From: Macrostomum hystrix
Lineage: Eukaryota > Animalia > Platyhelminthes
Assembly: GCA_950097015.1 (NCBI GenBank)
Contig: CATNEN010000033.1
Coordinates: forward strand, 3,968,001 to 4,032,000
DNA: 64,000 nt
Direction of reading: 5' to 3'
A model generated the notes under the pieces. The model was not told the DNA's origin, searched no databases, and was given only the letters and a program-made list of their open reading frames with translations. The translations under genes were made by a program, and so were the position numbers. Below, piece by piece: positions 1 through 11,500 of the stretch (position 1 is its first letter; every line of letters begins with the position of its first letter).

Positions 1-135
1 AAAGTTCAGGTTGTGTAAAACTTCAGGTTAAGTAGAACTTCAGGTTGGTTTGGTGTAAGTTCAGGTTGGGTGAAACTTCAGGTTGGGTGAAACTTCAGGT
101 TGGGTAACAACTCAGGATTGGACTTTAAAACTTCA
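1..135. repeat. Degenerate minisatellite (AAACTTCAGGTTGGGTG-like), truncated by window edge
   Basis: Repeated ACTTCAGGTT core. Confidence 0.7.
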
Positions 136-1185
136 GATCGGACCATATTTTGTTTCTAAGTCGATGGAAAGTTAAAAAAATTTCACTGAAGGTATCCCTC
201 ACGAAGATTGGTGAGACTGCGCCGCGATTGAGTCTATTACCGCGGTGTTGGAAATGATTTGAGTTTAATCGCCAAAATTAGGTCATTATTGAGGACAGCT
301 TAAAATTGGTGACAAAATAAGCTAGTCTGTGTTCAGCGAAAGCGACCACTTCCCCAATTAAGTTTATTGCAATTTAGTGAGGGGACACTTTTGTTTCGCA
401 GTTGAACACAATGGAAACAATCAAGATGATGATCCAAATCAAAGCCTTTAATTGCTCCAGTTTGCTGTAGATGTGAGTAGGGAGCTGAGGTGTTGGATCT
501 CTGAGTTGTCAATTCCCCGGGGGGGCAAAGTTGTGCAATTATCTGGGAGTTGGCGAACATTCGAGTACAGATTTGGGATACGCATCGAATTCGGATTTTT
601 TCATCTTTAGTTCGAAGTCCAGTGCTACGATGCAGTGCACAAAGACTTGGAGAGCTGAGGCTGTGACAAAGACAGTGTAGGAATTTCTCTTATCTTGGTG
701 TATTTCAAAGCAAAATTAAAAGCGTAATGGCGAGACCTCTTTGCTTTGAGCTCCGCCCACCGATTGCTGTTTGTCTTTGCGTGCCTTTCTTAGAAATTGC
801 TTCTAATAGCAACCTTTGAAGCGGCCCTTCTGCTTAGCAAAACACACACTGGTTAATATTATAGCCCGGCCTTTTAATTTTGGGAGTCCCGCAAGAAAAT
901 CTTATAAGGGAAACGGAGACAACCAGACAGATGGGACATGAGACATCGCAACATCAGGTGTGTGATTAATTCACATCTGCACAACAGCTACCAGATATGT
1001 TTTACTGGTGCCAATATCTGTCGCACCCGATAATGTGATTCTGCAGCTAGATAAATTGAATGGCATGACACTGGCTGCAACATTCAACTCTTGTCTACAG
1101 GCATCATCCAACTCTTGCTCAGAATCTCATTTGAGCATAGACTCATAGTCTACTTCCAATCCTACTCCAATTTAGTTAATACTTC

Positions 1186-1625
1186 CTTTCTACTTCCACT
1201 CTACTTCCACTCTACTTCCACTCTACTTCCACTCTACTTCCACTCTACTTCCACTCTACTTCCACTCTACTTCCACTCTACTTCCACTCTACTTCCACTC
1301 TACTTCCACTCTACTTCCACTCTATTTCCACTCTACTTCCACTCTACATCCACTCTACTTATTATCTGCATCACACTATTTCTACTCTACTTCCACTCTA
1401 CTTCCACTCTACTTCCACTCTACTTCCACTCTACTTCCACTCTACTTCCACTCTACTTCCACTCTACTTCCACTCTACTTCCACTCTACTTCCACTCTAC
1501 ATCCACTCTACTTCCACTCTACATCCACTCTACTTCTTATCTGCATCACACTATTTCTACTCTACTTCCACTCTACTTCCACTCTACTTCCACTCTACAT
1601 CCACTCTCCTTTCTCCACTCTACTT
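1186..1625 (+). repeat. 11-bp minisatellite (CTCTACTTCCA)n
   Basis: Direct reading; interrupted by TTATCTGCATCACACTATTT. Confidence 0.95.
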
Positions 1626-2174
1626 ATTCTCTACCATCTCTAACAATCTCTATCGATTGTATCCATCTCTCCTATGAGTAAAGCGATAAGCCAATCCGGG
1701 TTCCAATGTGACTGCCCCTCGCCAAAGCCCACCAAGACAAAAGTTATAGATTTTATTTACCGCACACAATGAGATTCAAGATTAACACCTGCTGAGATTG
1801 TCAATACTCGGAGCCCCGTGGACGCTCCATTTACTGATCTATAAGGACAAATGGGTCTGGGCTTACACTGTGTGACACAGCAGACACTGCCAAAGCAGAT
1901 ACAGGAACTACGAGCTTGCGGGAAGAACAGCTGTGTTGACAAACCTCACTGGGCATGAATTCCGACCTTCTCTCTGAAGCACTAAGACCTATTGGTATTT
2001 GGAGCTTTTTGTCGATAACTAAACTAAGAAAGCTTAGTTCCTGTCTTTACTAAAAATATCCGTAACTGGTTGATTCTAAGAATTTAAGTTGTACTTTTGG
2101 CTATATATATGATCATGAAGCATAAAACAAGCAGCTGAAGATGTAACGTAATCTACTCTACTTCCACTGCTTCC

Positions 2175-2620
2175 AATGGAAGTAGAGTTGGAGTAGAGTC
2201 GAATTAGATTGGATGTAGTGTTGGAGTAGAGTGGAAGTAGAGTTGAAGAAGAGTAGAGATAGAGTGGATATAGAGTGGAAGTAGAGTGGAAGTAGAGTGG
2301 AAGTAGAGTGGAAGTAGAGTGGAAGTAGAGTGGAAGTAGAGTGGAAGTAGAGTGGAAGTAGAGTGGAAGTAGAGTTGAAGAAGAGTAGAGATAGAGTGGA
2401 TATAGAGTGGAAGTAGAGTGGAAGTAGAGTGGAAGTAGAGTGGAAGTAGAGTGGAAGTAGAGTGGAAGTAGAGTGGATGTAGAGTGGAAGTAGAGTAGAA
2501 ATTGTGTGGATGTAGTGTATAAATAGTGTGATGCAGATAAGAAGTTGTGTGGATGTAGAGTGGAAGTAGAGTGGAAGTAGAGTGGAAGTAGAGTGGAAGT
2601 AGAGTGAATGTAGAGTGAAG
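2175..2620 (-). repeat. Inverted copy of the same 11-bp minisatellite
   Basis: (TGGAAGTAGAG)n with the same interruption in reverse complement. Confidence 0.95.
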
Positions 2621-3270
2621 CAGACAAATACGCTCCTACTGAATGCTCTGGGGATAGCGAAGGTGGTCCACAACGATGCGTAAACTATTAGTTATAGCGA
2701 TTCGTCTATCCGTTCGAGAAATTTTCCGACACTAATTTGAATTATCAAGATTGTCAATATTATATTGTAACATTAACATTTTAGATATTTTCATGAATCA
2801 AATAACTGATGTCGGCAATCTTGCCAAAAGCGACGACGATATGTTCAACGGAAAAGCCCGTGATTACTGGTCTGGTGTAATAGATCTCACGTTCTAGACA
2901 TACAGAGTGCACCGCGCCAGAGGGTTTATATATGAACCGTAATTCAAAGCCAAAATAAAAGTTCAGCTTTTTGTAGGTGTAATTCACCGCGTGGAAAGTT
3001 TTGTTGCAGACATGCTATAACATGAATAAGCACTACTTTCAGCTCCTCCCCTTGCTACTGATAGCAGGCACGTACGCAAAATACTGAAAGACCCTTTTTA
3101 AATCTTTTTGGTGGGAGTTTTCTGCCTTGGGAGAGCCCTAAGCTATCTTTACCATGTATATTATATATGGATAGATATTGGACCAACGACAAAAGGCTCT
3201 TTGGCGACCTACTTGTCGTATCTGTTGGCTAAAGACTTAAAGCACAAAAACACACAATTTACCAGAAATA

Positions 3271-3444
3271 CAGGGGCGTAGCCAGGATTTTTTTTGGGGG
3301 ATATCGGTTTTGGTTCTATCCAGCGTATCCAGAATAAAAAACAATTAATTCATTTCTTTCGAAGAAACGGAATGCGAAAAAGTTTGAGACATCAAATTTT
3401 GGGGGTATCGGCCGATACACCGATACCCCCTCGCTACGCCACTG
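3271..3444. mobile_element. Non-autonomous hAT-type MITE, 174 bp
   Basis: TIRs CAGGGGCGTAGC / GCTACGCCACTG; perfect 8-bp TSD CAGAAATA on both sides. Confidence 0.9.
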
Positions 3445-3535
3445 CAGAAATACACTCCGATTTCGAAAGTATTCACGTAACTCGTACTATGGACGTCTGT
3501 ACGCAAAATTAAATTCATTGAAACTAACTAAGCCA

Positions 3536-3602
3536 CAAAGACCACTAGGAGTAGACCACTCCTAGTCTACTAGTACAAGTGGTCTACTCCTAGTGGTCTT
3601 TG
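3536..3602. repeat. 25-bp perfect inverted repeat with 17-nt loop
   Basis: CAAAGACCACTAGGAGTAGACCACT ... AGTGGTCTACTCCTAGTGGTCTTTG. Confidence 0.9.
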
Positions 3603-5428
3603 CAAAACAATTGGAAGGGATTGCTATATACCATCCCTGTTTTAACACATAGTTTTTAGAGTCTAGTTTTTAGATTTTAAACTTAATTTTATTCATTTTA
3701 AATTGCCCTGTTAGATTTTGCAGTAGATCGGTACATTATAGGCATTGGATGCTCTGAATTATTCTATGTTGTAATAAACAAATAGTTTTACTCACGAAAA
3801 TAAACGCGTCTTATACGCTCGTAGTTCAAATAAATATTTAAAATCCAGCACGTGAGACCTGGCGATTTCAAATGTTCGTGCGCTTAGTTAAAAGAGGCTG
3901 TTTTGTGCTTACATTTTTTGAGTCATCATCTAAATTACTATTTGAACATATAGCTGACCAATAAATCACCTAGTGTAATATCTAGTAGAACGGTTGGCAA
4001 GAGCGCAAATAAATATGCAACCTATAAACACAGCATTGGCAATGAGTGATGTCAGTGAGTTCACTCACGACATGTCTTAATTTTCATACATATATAGTGA
4101 TTATGATTAGGCTAAGAAGCATTTTTAATTTTTAAGTGCATCGTTTTCGCAACATAATAGTAGAATTACAGATATTTTCATAACTACTTATCCTCCTTAT
4201 CCTATTAATGAGGAAAGCATTACTTCTAAAGCAATTAAACATACTAGCTACCTATTAAGTATCAATAAGCTGTTTCTTCTTTACTTAGGGCCTAAGTAGG
4301 TATTAGAAATCAAATTTAGCGAGTTTTTAATGGTTTGATTTTATTTAACTATATATATTAAGGTAGTAGATAGTGAAAAGATTGTAAAAGATTTACTCAA
4401 GGAGTCAAACAACATCATTCACAATCTACTAATTAACTTTATTAGCTTGCGGATCAACTGCTTGTTAATTATATATTTGGTACTCGAAGCTAAAAGTTAA
4501 AAGTAGCTAGCTAGTTTAAAATATACAATATTATAATGTATGTTTTAACACAATACTTAAGATGATGATGATATATAATACAAGTAATCTTTTAATATAT
4601 ACTAATCTATATGATTATAGCAGCCTGATACCAATAATAGCTATATGTCATTACAATTTTAAATCAATTTTTAGACATTTTCTGTCTTTTAAAATATATA
4701 ATTATACTATAGCCATAGCAACTTTGTTAGTAGTGTATCAGTCTTCTGAGTTTTTTTCATATTATACCTATCATTTGTAGCAAAAAATGAAGACTAGAAT
4801 TTTATTAGAAACATAGTTTTTAATCAATAATAAATCTTTATCTATTTTCTAGTAGTCCTAGTTAGCCTAGCTCTTCCACCTATACTAAATCTCCAAAGTC
4901 TATGGAATATAGTTCCACAGGCTGAATGCCTCAACTATCATTGTTTTAATGCTGTTGGTACTTCAAAGTCTTGACTTCTGGTCACTAATTGTTGAACCAT
5001 TTTTGCTGTCTTATCCAACAATAGCTAGTTAACCTCCCAACTGATATATAAAAAGTTACATATAATTTATAATATTTTTAAAAGTATTATGTACAATATA
5101 TCTAGCAAATTGTTGAAGGCTTTATTGTGAATGTAATTACTTAATTAAATTGAAAATTGTAAAATGAACTACAAAAATTTGCATAATGTCTGTATAATAC
5201 TGCATTAAGTTGCTTTAATGTGCTACTAGCATAGTTTTGAAATAAATTGCAAATACATGCAGATTTATACTTGAATGATGTTTAATTGAAGGATTAGTTG
5301 TCTGCAAAAGACACTACTTAGAGTACTACAATGAGATTTCTTAAAATTGCTTCAACTAGCAATCTAATTTTCACAACTTAAAATTACTAAAAAACATGCT
5401 TACTCAACCCAAACTAATTTTCAGCCTA

Positions 5429-5585
5429 ATGGCTTCAACTATCCCCAAAACTGGGGAACTTGTATCTATCTGCATTCAAATCCTCACTGACAATGTCGAC
5501 TTTTGTGACTTGGACGAGTCCAAAAGCCTTGACCAGGTGTTCAAGAGAATTGAAAGATTCTGTCAAAATATTCAAATTGATTGCC
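5429..5585 (+). CDS. ATR: ATR exon 1 ([12 protein letters not shown]...QIDC)
   Basis: ATG just after a CTAAT..TTTCAG acceptor; donor C|GTAAGT, phase 1, matches next exon. Confidence 0.65.
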
Positions 5586-8500
5586 GTAAGTATATTTTTC
5601 TGGCAAAAATATATTTTTAGGGTTTCCTCGGATTCTCTACAATACTATGTTAAAAGGGTTTCCCCAGGATTCTCTTCTAAAATAATCTCATTGGAGTTTC
5701 CCCAGGATTCTCTTCTAAAATAGTCTCACTGGGGTTTCCCCAGGATTCTCTTCTAAAATAATCTCATTGGAGTTTCCCCAGGATTCTCTTCTAAAATAGT
5801 CTCACTGGGGTTTCCCCAGGATTCTCTTCTAAAATAGTCTCACTGGGGTTTCCCCAGGATTCTCTTCTAAAATAGTCTCACTGGGGTTTCTCCAGGATTC
5901 TCTTCTAAAATAGTCTCACTGGGGTTTCTCCAGGATTCCCTTCTAAAATAATCTCACTATGGATTCCCCATGATTCTCTTCTAAAATAATCGCAGAGTTC
6001 TTCACCTGGTGCGCTCAGCGGGTCCTGTTCCTGTGCCGAAACCGTCTAGTTGTTCTGGACATCGATCGGGTGGCCAGCCTCCTGTGCTCCATCGTTGCCA
6101 GGCTCAGCGACTGCGCCGACTATGCCGTGCACGAGCTGCTGCGGGACTTCTACAGCTGCCTGCTGGGTGAGGATCGATTGGCGACTTTGCATTGGAAATC
6201 CGACTGGGATCTAGAGATGGGATTAGATTAGAATTATAATATGATTATAATCCCATTAGATTCTAGATAATGTGAATATTCTAGGAAATCCAAATTAGAT
6301 TTAGATTTTAGAAAATGGGGACAATCTAAAAAAATCCCATACAAGATCCTATCCAGATCCTATAATCCTACAGCAGGTGATTATCTTAGGGGGTCAGAAA
6401 ATGATGAGGCCATTTTTCTAATTTGCAGACATCGGACCGAAGTCGCACACCGTCTCACCTGAGCTTCCGATCTCCTACAAATTCAAGATGTACTCCGGAA
6501 CCGTAAGATTTTTCATTTTGTTCATTCAATTGATTTTGACTTCATTTCTACTTTCAGTAGCGTGTGACGAATTAAAATAATACAAAATAAGCAGGGCACA
6601 TATCAGGGCAAGGAGTTCTCATTTCAACCGATCGAATTTGAGTCCGTGGCGCAAGCTCGTCGCGTCGCCTCGGTCATCATGTGAGACTTTGGAGCCAGTT
6701 TTTTAGATTATCTTGCCTCTCAGAATAGCACAGGCAGGTCTCAGAATGCCTCAACTGCAATCTCATTGCGCAGGACCTTTCTGTCGCAGTTGCCAATAAA
6801 AAGTTTGGCATGGCTGGAACCATTGTGGAGCAGCGAGGCGCTTAAAAGTGCAACCCACCTACTGGAGGTTGGCGCTGGCAATGAGAAACTGGTTCGTACT
6901 TTTGCATGCTTGCTTATTGAGCTGTAGGATTATTTAGGGCTGACCAACAAACTGCAGATTCTGAGGAGCTACTCTACTAGATCCTGAGTTTGAGCAGTCT
7001 TCCTCCCAGATCCTCAGGTTGGGCTGCCACTCCCCCAGATCCCCAGATTGGGCTGCCACTCCCAGATCCTCAGGTTGAGCTGCCACTCCCAGATCCTCAG
7101 GTTGAGCTGCCACTCCCCCAGATCCTCAGGTTGAGCTGCCACTCCCCAGATCCTCAGGTTGGGCTGCCACTCCCCCAGATCCCCAGATTGGGCTGCCACT
7201 CCCAGATCCTCAGGTTGAGCTGCCACTCCCAGATCCTCAGGTTGAGCTGCCACTCCCAGATCCTCAGGTTGGGCTGCCACTCCCCCAGATCCTCAGGTTG
7301 AGCTGCCACTCCCCCAGATCCTCAGGTTGAGCTGCCACTCCCACAGATCCCCAGGTTGGGCTGCCACTCCCAGATCCTCAGGCTGGGCTGCCACTCCCCC
7401 AGATCCTCAAGTTGGGCTGCCACTCACCCAGATCCCCAGGTTGGGCTGCCACACTCCCAGATGCCCAGGTCGCATCCCTATTGTTCCCGCTGTTTCGCCA
7501 CACACCGCAGGGCGCCCTCAAGCTGATTCACCGCTGCCTAGCCGCCTTCGGTATTGGCGACGTGCCGGCGGACAATTTCTACCTGACAGACATTGTCTGC
7601 TGTCTCTGCCAGGACCTGGTACACCCCAGCAAGTTACGGAATCTCAAGTGAGCACCTTGTCTTGGCGCAAATAAATGTTAGATAGCGCAGGTAGGTGTTA
7701 GATAGCACAGGTAGGTGTTAGATAGCACAGGTAGGTGTTAGATAGCGCAGGTAGGTGTTAGATAGCACAGGTAGGTGTTAGATAGCGCAGGTAGGTGTTA
7801 GATAGCGCAGGTAGGTGTTAGATAGCGCAGGTAGGTGTTAGATAGCGCAGGTAGGTGTTAGATAGCGCAGGTAGGTGTTAGATAGCGCAGGTAGGTGTTA
7901 GATAGCGCAGGTAGGTGTTAGATAGCGCAGGTAGGTGTTAGATAGCGCAGGTAGGTGTTTACAGCTAGTTGAACTGAGGTAACAGTTAATCTAGGGTCTT
8001 GAGTCAAAAGACAAATAGTTTCCCGTGGACTCAGACTCGAACTCGTGACTCTCAAATCGCATCAGTGAGGAAAGGCCTCGCCCTCCCACGCAGGACGAGC
8101 TTCCTTGCCGACATCGCCGAGCTGCTGACCTCAGTGGCCCTCTCGCTGGCCAACTTTGCCTTTCCCGACACTGTCGGTGGTCGCCGGCTCGATTCCGGCA
8201 CAGCCTGCATCCTACGCGAAGCCTGCCTGGACTGCCTCCAGCGCGCCCGCCGCTCCTGCATGCCAGTCGGCGTCGTCAGCCAGCTGGTGGACCGGCTGCG
8301 CTGCTGCCTGGCCCGCCTCTGGTGCTGCGCCCCGGCCTGCCTCACCGACGGTCGCGGGGACGCCTTCCTCGCCCTGCGGCACATCCTGACGCACGACGCC
8401 GTGTCGGTGCGGCCCGGCCCCGCCATGCGCCTTCTGGCCGCCGCTCTGGCAGCCGAGTTCCGAGCCGCCCTGACCGCCGCCGAGGTGTCCGCCGCCGCGT

Positions 8501-11500
8501 CGACAGCTTCGGCGACGTCAATTACGACAATGGCCTCATCGGCCACCTCTTCAGGGACGATCTCCGCGTCGTCCGACGAGACGGCCGGCATCCAGCAGCT
8601 GGAGTTCCCGCCGGTGGCCAAGCGGTCCGCCTTCCTGCGCCACTGCATGTCCGAGGTGCTGGAATTCTCGGCCGAGCTGCGCCGGCATGCCGGACGCCTG
8701 GACGAGGCGAGTCTTTGCTCAGCTGCTGTTTCAGTCATTTTGAATTTTTTACAGTCTGTCCTGTCCCTTTCTTTAAGCTCGATCATTTCCCTTTCTTTGA
8801 AATCTTTTTTTACCCTTGCTTTAGAGTTGGTCATTACCCTTGCTTTAGAGTTGGTCATTACCTTTAATTCGTATTTAAGCTATTCATTACCCATTTGTGT
8901 TCACGTCTTCATCCCATGCTCAAATTGGTGTATTGGGTCATTTCTCAGTGCTAAAAGTTCATACTCGTTCATTTCTCGCCCAGCAGACATTTGTGGAGAA
9001 GGTGCGCTACTTCAGCATCGTGTGGAACGCCTGGGTGGTGGCCTGCTTCGAAGTGGAACAGCTGCCGAAGCTCGATGGCAGCTCCTTCCTGGCCAGGTGA
9101 GTTCCGGCTTGGATTCAGTGTCTCGGTTACATTGCTGGGATTTCAGTGTCTCAGTTTCATTGTTGGGATTTCAGTGTCTCAGTTACATTGTTGGGATTTC
9201 AGTGTCTCAGTTACATTGTTGGGATTTCAGTGTCTCGGTTACATTGTTGGGATTTCAGTGTCTCGGATACATTGCTGGGATTTCAGTGTCTCAGTTTCAT
9301 TGTTGGGATTTCAGTGTCTCAGTTTCATTGTTGGGATTTCAGTGTCTCAGTTTCATTGTTGGGATTTCAGTGTCTCAGTTTCATTGTTGGGATTTCAGTG
9401 TCTCAGTTACATTGTTGGGATGTAAATCAGAATTTTCTTGTATTCGGCATTCGAATTTCCATTGATTTGTTCGTACTCGTAAAATATCCTTTTAGTCTAC
9501 TGACAGTAGTAGCCTGTAATTCACCACATTCAATTGTTAGCGCCACAGCGGGTTGCTGCGACTGCAGCTTCAATGAGGCGGCCAATCTGGCTGCCTATTT
9601 CAGCCGCGGTCTGCTGACTGCGGTGCTGGAAGGCCTCCTGTGCGCCGGCTGCGCCCTGGCCGCCTGGGAGCCACCGCCGTCAACTGGAGCAGCGGCGGCA
9701 GCCGGGACAGCCGAAGCCGGCGCGGCCGACAGTGCCAGCGCTGAGCTGCTGGACGCTCTGGTGCATGACATGAGCCACAGCGTTTTTGCCTTTCTGTACA
9801 CTGTCTGTGAGTCTTTTAATACTGCTAGTGTGGTCGGGGGTTCGAATCCCCGAACTTAAAAGTAACAAGCTTTTTTTCCTACCAAATGTCTTTACAGACT
9901 GAATGCTCAATAATCACAAGACTCAGTACTGTACAGACTCAGTACTGTACAGACTCAGTACTTTACAGACTTAGTACTTTACAGAGTGATATTCATTTTA
10001 GGCCAGCGCAATTTGGAAGGCCTCATTATGGATTCAAAGCTGCACCATCTGCTCTGTCTCATGACTGCGCCATTTATCTACAAATCGGTGAGTTTAAAAT
10101 GGGTAGTGATAATAACCAGAAAATGCTGACACAGGCTATGCTTTCAACTAATGAGATCCAATATTTTACAATTCAATGATCAAAATTATGAAATGTTTTT
10201 TGACCGATCATAATTAACTCGGAAGAAATGGGGTAATGACCGATCATTAGCGCTTCGTTAGTCATCACGCTGACGCACCTTCTTCGTGCTCGCAGAGCTC
10301 AGCCAAGCCGTCCAACATTCGAGATCTGGTGCTGATGCGCAGCGAGGAGGCCACGGTTCGCGGCCTCGCCTGCCTTCTCCAGCCGGGTTCTGCCGGTGGC
10401 GTTATCCGCTGTCCGCGGACGCCTAGGCGGACATTTTTCAGCGGCCTGGCCGACTGCGTGGCCCACCTGCCAGCCAGCTTCTGTCCGATCTGGCGGGCCG
10501 CCATTCTGAATGCCGTCCTGCTGTCCAGCAACGGCGGCACTGTCGGCCAGGAGGCGTCGGGCATGTCGGCGGAGGATGTGGACTATCTGCGCCATTGCCT
10601 GGCTGTCCGCCTGCCGCACGCCGCTTATCGGCTTGGCCGCGGCCGCACCGGCGGAGCGCACCGGATGTTCCAGTGGGTGCAGTTTTAGTGCAACCTGTTT
10701 GACAAATTCAACTCAAACAATCACAAATGAGAGCAATGACCGTCCATTGTGACCGTCCATTGTGACCGTCCATTGTGACCATCCATTATGACCATTCATT
10801 GTGACCGTCCATTGTGACCATCAATTGTCACCATCGATTGTGACCGTCCATTGTGACCATCCATTGTCACCATTCATTGTGACCGTCCATTGTGACCGTC
10901 CAATGTGACCATCAATTGTGACCGTCCATTGTGACCATCAATTGTGACCGTCCATTGTGACCGTCCAATGTGACCATCAATTGTGACTGTCCATTGTGAC
11001 CGTCCATTGTGACCATCAATTGTGACCATCCATGGTGACCATCCATTGTGACCATCAATTGTGACCGTCCATTGTGACCATTCATTGTGACCGTCCAATG
11101 TGACCATCAATTGTGACTGTCCATTGTGACCGTCCATTGTGACCATCAATTGTGACCATTCATTGTGACCATTCATTTTGACCATTCATTGTGACCGTCC
11201 ATTGTGACTGTCCATTGTGACTGTCGATTGTGGCCCTTCATTGTTACCATAGTGATCTCGTTGAAGTCACTTTCAGAAGGCCTTCATGAGCAAATCAGTT
11301 TCCTGAATCCGAGCCATTCCAAATCTGCATTTGAGACCCGCCACCCGCAACATTCCAGAGGCCTGCTGTCCCAAGACTCCACTCTCTGCCACCTGCAGTC
11401 ATCCGCCAATCTTATCTGTGTTGAATGCGGCAGTGCTGAGCTGTGCTACAACTTCTCAGCCTCTACTGCTCATCGTCCGTCGGAATCTTCTGTCGCCCAT

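Noticed and set aside
1091-2673. ORFs of STSTLLPLYFH repeats
   Set aside because: Translations of the 11-bp minisatellite; no start context or splice support
2781-3020. Possible exon of a divergent neighbour gene (HVCNKTF...IHENI)
   Set aside because: No recognisable domain and no partner exons found
6928-6990. Extra ATR micro-exon after a 36-nt intron
   Set aside because: No suitable donor before an in-frame TGA; exon 5 joins exon 6 in phase without it
9829-9856. TCGGGGGTTCGAATCCCCGA T-arm/B-box hairpin as tRNA
   Set aside because: No D-arm, anticodon arm or acceptor stem; overlaps the start of an intron; at most a SINE/tRNA remnant
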